The notes beneath the pieces are model-generated. The model ran no database searches and was not told the origin of the DNA. It worked only from the letters and a program-made list of their open reading frames with translations. Below, piece by piece: positions 58,808 through 64,000 of a stretch of DNA of 64,000 nt. Origin of the DNA: Parcubacteria group bacterium Gr01-1014_8 (lineage in GTDB: Bacteria > Patescibacteriota > Minisyncoccia > Phycocordibacterales > UBA2100); contig VMGC01000001.1 in NCBI GenBank assembly GCA_007376385.1, forward strand, positions 96,001-160,000, in the 5' to 3' direction. How positions within the stretch are numbered: the stretch's first letter is position 1; every line of letters starts with the position of its first letter. The translations under genes were made by a program, and so were the position numbers.

Positions 58808-59197
58808 ATGGTTCAGACACTTGCGTGGGTTTTCGGGGTCGTTTTGACACTTGTCGGTGTTCTCGGATTCGTTCCGGGCATCACGAGTGATGGGATGCTT
58901 CTCGGTATCTTCATGGTGGATGGATTGCACAGTGTGATACACCTTGTCTCCGGTCTCGCAGCGCTCGCTGCAGCGTGGGGCATATGGAGTACACGTATGT
59001 ATTTCCAGGTGTTCGGTGTCATCTACGGTCTTGTAACTGTCATTGGATTCCTTCAGGGGGATACGGTGCTCGGCCTCATTGGAATTAACATGGCGGATAA
59101 CGTGCTTCATCTTTTGATAGCTGCAGTCGCGCTTTATGCGGGCTTCGGTATGAAAGAAGACGGTATGGGTATGAGTACGCCTCGGCCGGCGATGTAG
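58808..59197 (+). CDS. DUF4383-like small membrane protein
   Basis: VLTLVGVLGFVPGIT...LLGIFMVDGLHSVIHLVSGLAALAAAWG pattern. Confidence 0.5.
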   Translation: MVQTLAWVFGVVLTLVGVLGFVPGITSDGMLLGIFMVDGLHSVIHLVSGLAALAAAWGIWSTRMYFQVFGVIYGLVTVIGFLQGDTVLGLIGINMADNVLHLLIAAVALYAGFGMKEDGMGMSTPRPAM

Positions 59198-59326
59198 CCT
59201 CTCTGCGAAAGGTTAGTATACACACCGCCCAGGAAGGGCGGTGTTGTCGTAGGGAGCACACGCACGATTGTGGTATATCCACAAGTATATGTAGTAATCG
59301 ATGGTACTTGGAGGAATAATTAATGA

Positions 59327-59824
59327 GTGGCTCTTCTGAACTGCATTGTATGTGACAAGGAATTCAAAAGAAAACCTTTTCTCATACGCCGCAGTGGAGG
59401 TAAATATTGCTCAAATACTTGCCATTATTCGGATGCCCGCACTGGTAAAAAGATTTCCTGCTCAACTTGCGGCAAAGAGGTCTACAGGACTCCACGCAGA
59501 CTTAAACTCTCAAAAAGTAAAACTTATTTTTGCAACAAATCCTGCCAAACGTTATGGCGGAATCAATACTTTGTTGGGCGGAGACATAAGAACTGGATCC
59601 ATGGACGTGCTGCGTATCGCACAGTGCTCGCTCGAATAGGCCGAGAGAAAATATGCGAATCGTGTAAGACAAAAGATACTCGTGTTCTTGCAATTCATCA
59701 TATTGATCGAGTAAGAACGAACATTGATCCAAGCAATCTGGTGTGGCTTTGCCATAATTGCCATTTCCTCCTTCATCATTATGATGTGGGACGAGAGCGT
59801 GGTTTACTGAGATCGCATTCTTGA
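59327..59824 (+). CDS. HNH endonuclease with N-terminal Cys-rich zinc-ribbon repeats
   Basis: CIVCDKEF...CSNTCHY...CSTCGKEV...CNKSCQ then HHIDRVRTNIDPSNLVWLCHNCHFLLHH. Ends 4 nt before tRNA-His. Confidence 0.7.
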   Translation: MALLNCIVCDKEFKRKPFLIRRSGGKYCSNTCHYSDARTGKKISCSTCGKEVYRTPRRLKLSKSKTYFCNKSCQTLWRNQYFVGRRHKNWIHGRAAYRTVLARIGREKICESCKTKDTRVLAIHHIDRVRTNIDPSNLVWLCHNCHFLLHHYDVGRERGLLRSHS

Positions 59825-59828
59825 TGAT

Positions 59829-59902
59829 GGTGGTCGTAGCTCAACTGGTAGAGCTCCTGGTTGTGGTCCAGGCGGTTGTGGGTTCAAGTCCCATCGATCA
59901 CC
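59829..59902 (+). tRNA. tRNA-His (anticodon GTG) with encoded G-1
   Basis: G-1 at 59829, acceptor gtggtcg/cgatcac, discriminator C, anticodon arm cctgg-ttgtggt-ccagg, T arm gtggg-ttcaagt-cccat. Confidence 0.7.
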
Positions 59903-60033
59903 CTGATATTGGTGAAAGAAATATGAAGCGGGAGCGTCTGTACACACGGACACTTTTACCGTTCTGCTATAATGGGGTCAAATAGTGGCCCTAATCGTAG
60001 CCTTATAAATTATTAAGCTTATATAATTACTCT

Positions 60034-60852
60034 ATGGAACCAGACAAAAAAGAGATACGCATAATGCCGCCGGACTTGATAGTCAAAGTAGGCGCTACAG
60101 CTCTCGGTATGCTTGCGCTGTTTCTCCTCGTCATGACCGTCTCTCAATTAAAAGAATTTCGATATATTGGAAGCGGCGTGACTGCGACAAATACAATCAG
60201 TGTTTCGGGCATGGGCGAGGTTTTTGCGATACCTGATACCGCGACATTCACTGTGTCAGTGCATGAAGAAGCCGAAACAGTGACGTTTGCTCAAGAAGAA
60301 GCGGCAAAAAAGATAAACGCCATTAAAGCGTATCTATTGGAGGCCGGAGTAGAGGAGAAAGATATCAAGACTGTCTCATACAACGTGAATCCCAAGTATG
60401 AGTGGGAAACTGTTGCGTGTCGTGAAGGTTATTGCCCGGGAGGAAAGCAGACACTCATCGGATTTGAGGTCTACCAATCTTACTCGGTGAAAGTGAAAGA
60501 TACGAAAAAGGCCGGGGAACTTCTCTCGGGTGTTGGAGGGAAAGGCGCATCCGATGTAAGCGGTCTCTCATTTACGATCGAGGACGAAGATACGTTGAAG
60601 GCGGAGGCGCGTAAGCAGGCGATACAGGAGGCGCAAGTGAAGGCGGACGCACTCGCTTCGCAGCTTGGCGTCAAAATCGCCCGCGTCGTAGGATTCTATG
60701 AAGATAGCGGCGGTTACCCACCGCCGTACGCATACGGCATGGGAGGGGACGCAGCAATGTCGAGAGTGGAATCAGCAAAGGTGGCGCCAGAGTTACCTGT
60801 CGGTGAGAACAAGATAGTATCGAACGTGAACGTGACATACGAGATACGCTAA
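60034..60852 (+). CDS. SIMPL-domain (DUF541, BP26/OMP28-like) secreted protein
   Basis: N-terminal TM, then SVSGMGEVFAIPDTATFTVSV...AQEEAAKKINAIKAYL typical SIMPL opening. Confidence 0.65.
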   Translation: MEPDKKEIRIMPPDLIVKVGATALGMLALFLLVMTVSQLKEFRYIGSGVTATNTISVSGMGEVFAIPDTATFTVSVHEEAETVTFAQEEAAKKINAIKAYLLEAGVEEKDIKTVSYNVNPKYEWETVACREGYCPGGKQTLIGFEVYQSYSVKVKDTKKAGELLSGVGGKGASDVSGLSFTIEDEDTLKAEARKQAIQEAQVKADALASQLGVKIARVVGFYEDSGGYPPPYAYGMGGDAAMSRVESAKVAPELPVGENKIVSNVNVTYEIR

Positions 60853-61048
60853 AAGCAAAAGCGAAAGTAAAAACAAACAGAAGCAACCGCCTCATTTTTC
60901 TGAAATGAGGCGGTTTTTCGGGATATTGACGTTTATCGCCTTGTGAGTACAATGACCGGCATAAGCCCCGCAAGGGGTTTTTAGATTGGAGTGATTAACT
61001 CATGGGATATAGGGTAAAGAAAACGCGCTAAACCTAGCATAAACGTAT

Positions 61049-61315
61049 ATGTCATTTCTACAATATTTGAAGGATACAAGGGGTGAGTTGCATCACGTAG
61101 CGTGGCCTACGAGAGTTCAGACCATCGTCTATACGGCGCTTGTAATGGCGCTCTCTATAGGTGTCGCTCTTTACCTCGGTGTATTCGATTATTTGTTTAC
61201 GACTGGGCTTAGCAAGAGCTTGGAAATGCTTCCGCAGCAGGAGAGCGGCATTCAGCTTAACAGCGATCTTGACTTCCAGCCGAACCTCGTCGTTTCTACC
61301 ACGACGACTGAGTAG
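61049..61315 (+). CDS. secE: Preprotein translocase subunit SecE
   Basis: QYLKDTRGELHHVAWPTRVQTIVYTALVMALSIGVALYLGVFDY, directly upstream of nusG. Confidence 0.85.
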   Translation: MSFLQYLKDTRGELHHVAWPTRVQTIVYTALVMALSIGVALYLGVFDYLFTTGLSKSLEMLPQQESGIQLNSDLDFQPNLVVSTTTTE

Positions 61316-61320
61316 TTTTT

Positions 61321-61866
61321 ATGGCGAAACAAACCTATGGAACAGAACGGCAGTGGTATGCAGTGCACACATACTCCGGGTACGAGGATGCCGTTGCGCG
61401 CAACTTAAAGCAGCGCGTCGAGTCCTTTGGCATGCAAGACAAGATATTCAACGTCGTCGTGCCGACTGAAAAGAAGATAAAGATAAAAGGAGGCCGCAAG
61501 ACAGAAGTTCGCGAGAAAACATTTCCCGGTTACGTTCTCGTCGACATGATAGCAACGGATGATGCATGGAGCGTTGTTCGGAACACGCCGCAAGTAACTG
61601 GTTTTGTGGGGACAGCGAATCAGGCCGTGCCGCTTTCACCGGAAGAAGTGGAACAAATATTGAAGCGAGCGGGGGGAGAGACCGTACGACACGCGATTGA
61701 TCTCTCCGAAGGGGATGCGGTCATCATCATTGACGGGCCGTTCAAAGACTTGGAAGGTAAGGTTGGAGAGATTGACGAAGAGCGCGGAAAGGTTAAGGTA
61801 TTGGTTCCGATGTTCGGACGCGAGACTCCAGTAGAACTCGAGGCCGATCAAGTACAGCGAGTATAA
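61321..61866 (+). CDS. nusG: Transcription termination/antitermination factor NusG
   Basis: RQWYAVHTYSGYE NGN domain, C-terminal KOW (GDAVIIIDGPFKDLEGKV). Confidence 0.9.
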   Translation: MAKQTYGTERQWYAVHTYSGYEDAVARNLKQRVESFGMQDKIFNVVVPTEKKIKIKGGRKTEVREKTFPGYVLVDMIATDDAWSVVRNTPQVTGFVGTANQAVPLSPEEVEQILKRAGGETVRHAIDLSEGDAVIIIDGPFKDLEGKVGEIDEERGKVKVLVPMFGRETPVELEADQVQRV

Positions 61867-61868
61867 AT

Positions 61869-62003
61869 TCGAAGCACGAAGCACGAAGCACGAAATCCGA
61901 AAAAATATGAAATCCAAAATTAAAAATCGAACGAATTCAGAGTCATTTAGTTGTTTAAAATTTAGTGCTTTTTCGAATTTCGAATTTCGAATTTCGAATT
62001 TTT
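61869..62003. repeat. Heptamer tandem repeats in nusG-rplK leader
   Basis: (cgaagca)x3 at 61869-61889 and (cgaattt)x4 at 61973-62000, partially self-complementary. Confidence 0.8.
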
Positions 62004-62012
62004 CATAAATTT

Positions 62013-62435
62013 ATGGCAAAAGCAGTCGCAAAACTCATAAAATTACAGCTTCCTGCGGGGCAGGCCACGCCAGCTCCGCCGGTAGGAACAGTTCTTGGAC
62101 CAGCAGGCGTGAATATTGGCGAGTTCGTCAATCAGTTCAACAGCCAAACACGGGACAAAATGGGCAGCATTCTTCCGGTTCTTATGACCGTCTACACGGA
62201 CCGAACGTTCACGTTCGTCATCAAGAAGCCGCCGGCATCGCGTTCGATCTTGAAAATATTGGGCCTTGAAAAAGGCTCCGGCACGCCGCATTCGAGCAAA
62301 GTAGGGAAGCTCTCAAAACAGCAGCTTGAACAGCTCGCAACGGACAAAATGGAAGACTTGAATGCGAACGATTTGGAACAAGCAAAGAAGATAATCGCAG
62401 GAACAGCGCGGTCAATGGGCGTGGATGTGGGATAA
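62013..62435 (+). CDS. rplK: 50S ribosomal protein L11
   Basis: [43 protein letters not shown]. Confidence 0.9.
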   Translation: MAKAVAKLIKLQLPAGQATPAPPVGTVLGPAGVNIGEFVNQFNSQTRDKMGSILPVLMTVYTDRTFTFVIKKPPASRSILKILGLEKGSGTPHSSKVGKLSKQQLEQLATDKMEDLNANDLEQAKKIIAGTARSMGVDVG

Positions 62436-62500
62436 GGAACATCCACGAGCCGGAGGCTGACGAGCCGAGGCGGGCTCGCACAAATTTTCAGGAGAAAAGT

Positions 62501-63199
62501 ATGCGTGGGTCGACACAGAATCCTAAAACTATGAAGATCGATGTCATCTTCTTACGCTCTGACGTCGACTTCACGGCAAAAGAAAAATCTGAGATCCAAC
62601 GGGCCCTTGTACCGCATGTTAGAAGAGCTGCAAAAATCCTGCGCTACAGTCCGCGAACCTTCACGATTACGATTCACCCTAGTTGGCCACGACGAGACCG
62701 GCAAGGAATGCCCGCCTATACTCAATTGAGAGACTGGATTTGGATAGCCGTCAATCATAGGCAATTCCGTTCGAGCAAACATCACGCGCGACTCATGGAG
62801 CGGCTCAAGTACCTTGCATACCACGAAACACACCATGCGGCGCGTGATTATGCGGGCTTCTTGTCGGGGAAGCGTCATCACATACTGCTTAACTCCGTCG
62901 TATCCGAAGGGTTGGCCGACACATTTGCACTCGAACAATACCCGAGTGATTACGTTTGTTCATATGTGATTTATGACGAGTACGAAGCGCGGCGTTGGTT
63001 CAAGAAGATGAAGAAAATGCACCAGACAGAATATCCATCATCGTGGCTTTTCGGAGGGGATGGGAAACCGAAGTTCGTGGCGTACAAAGTAGGGCGCTAC
63101 ATTGTTGCCGAAGCGAAAAAACGATATCCGAAATTAAATGCCACAAAGTTGCTTCATGTAGACTATAGGCGCGTGATAAGACTCGCGGGTCTGAAATAA
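62501..63199 (+). CDS. Hypothetical protein with HExxH motif (putative Zn-dependent peptidase-like)
   Basis: LAYHETHHAARD HExxH. Occupies the slot where rplA usually follows rplK. Confidence 0.35.
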   Translation: MRGSTQNPKTMKIDVIFLRSDVDFTAKEKSEIQRALVPHVRRAAKILRYSPRTFTITIHPSWPRRDRQGMPAYTQLRDWIWIAVNHRQFRSSKHHARLMERLKYLAYHETHHAARDYAGFLSGKRHHILLNSVVSEGLADTFALEQYPSDYVCSYVIYDEYEARRWFKKMKKMHQTEYPSSWLFGGDGKPKFVAYKVGRYIVAEAKKRYPKLNATKLLHVDYRRVIRLAGLK

Positions 63200-63242
63200 A
63201 TTTTGGGGGCGGCGCTTTCTATGCTCCCGAATCAGGGGCATA

Positions 63243-63869
63243 ATGCGCTCTATGAAGGGCTTATTCATTGTTATCGACGGTCTTGGCGGATCCGGCAAAA
63301 CGACGCAGCTCGCACTCTTGAAAAAGCGTTTTGGAAAGAATGCGCTCTTCACGCATGAGCCGGGGGGTGCACCACGTGCTGAACGAATCAGAAACATCCT
63401 CAAAAGCGGCAAAGGGCCAAAACCAGACCCGCTTACAGATTTTTTCCTTTTTTGGGCGGCTCGTGCTGAACATATGAGCAGAGGAATTGTGCCCGCGCTC
63501 CGGAAGGGAAAACTTGTTATTTGTGATCGTTTTGATTCTTCGACATTTGCGATGCAGATTCGTGGGGACGAGCAAAAAAATTCGGAGAAACTGTTCTGGC
63601 AATGTCGTGAACATACCCTTGCCGATAATAAGCCCAATCTGTATATAATTCTTGATACGCCAGCTGCTCTTGCACGTTCTCGCCGCAAAAGTAGGAGAGG
63701 AGAGGATAGATTCGACGAGAGAAAGGGCACGTACCAAAGACGTGTGCGAACAGGATATTTGGAATTTGCGAAGCGCATGGGCACGCGTGCCATTGTTGTA
63801 GATGCGTCGATGCCTGTCCTCGAAGTTCACGAGAAGATATTGGAACTGATCCAGAAGGTGCGTTCATAG
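63243..63869 (+). CDS. tmk: Thymidylate kinase
   Basis: LFIVIDGLGGSGKTTQ P-loop, DRF motif (ICDRFDSS). Confidence 0.9.
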   Translation: MRSMKGLFIVIDGLGGSGKTTQLALLKKRFGKNALFTHEPGGAPRAERIRNILKSGKGPKPDPLTDFFLFWAARAEHMSRGIVPALRKGKLVICDRFDSSTFAMQIRGDEQKNSEKLFWQCREHTLADNKPNLYIILDTPAALARSRRKSRRGEDRFDERKGTYQRRVRTGYLEFAKRMGTRAIVVDASMPVLEVHEKILELIQKVRS

Positions 63870-64000
63870 CATACAATTAGTGCATGGATCCAGTTTTAAA
63901 CGTTCGAGAGAAGTTAGTTGATGCTCTGAAAGACATCGGCGTTTCGATAACAGTTACTGATATCACGCTGGGGCTCACCGATAATCTGTCGTTTGGCGAC

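Overview
This window reads as a chromosomal segment from a small-genome, CPR/Patescibacteria-like bacterium. GC is about 50%, genes are tightly packed with many ATGA-type overlaps, and there are many Sec-signal proteins that are Cys-, Gly- or Pro-rich. The segment spans the replication origin: rpmH-rnpA-yidC-jag on the minus strand diverge from dnaA-dnaN on the plus strand, and DnaA-box clusters lie in both flanking intergenic regions. Recognisable housekeeping genes are a UvrD/PcrA helicase, rsmA, PBP1A, ruvC, ruvB, ruvA, polA (no obvious proofreading domain), a PilB-type ATPase, pilM/N/O, a Mur ligase, rpsT, rplS, secE-nusG-rplK, tmk, yqgF and seven tRNAs. The accessory content has five main parts. 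(1) A Gram-positive-type T4SS-like locus at about 6-17 kb holds a VirB6/TrbL-like polytopic protein, a PrgI-family protein, and a VirB4 ATPase split into two adjacent ORFs, surrounded by secreted and membrane hypotheticals. (2) Two copies of a conserved, hairpin-rich ~110-145-nt element sit immediately 3' of tRNA-Lys and tRNA-Val, each followed by an exact duplicate of that tRNA's T-loop-to-3'-end. (3) A perfect 99-bp direct repeat is embedded in two small paralogous MKK-initiated ORFs beside the T4SS locus. (4) Four selfish-type endonuclease genes (two LAGLIDADG, two HNH) all abut tRNA genes. (5) A hicB-hicA pair, a 19-bp perfect inverted repeat upstream of ruvB, and heptamer tandem repeats in the nusG-rplK leader. 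No rRNA, CRISPR array or transposase was found.
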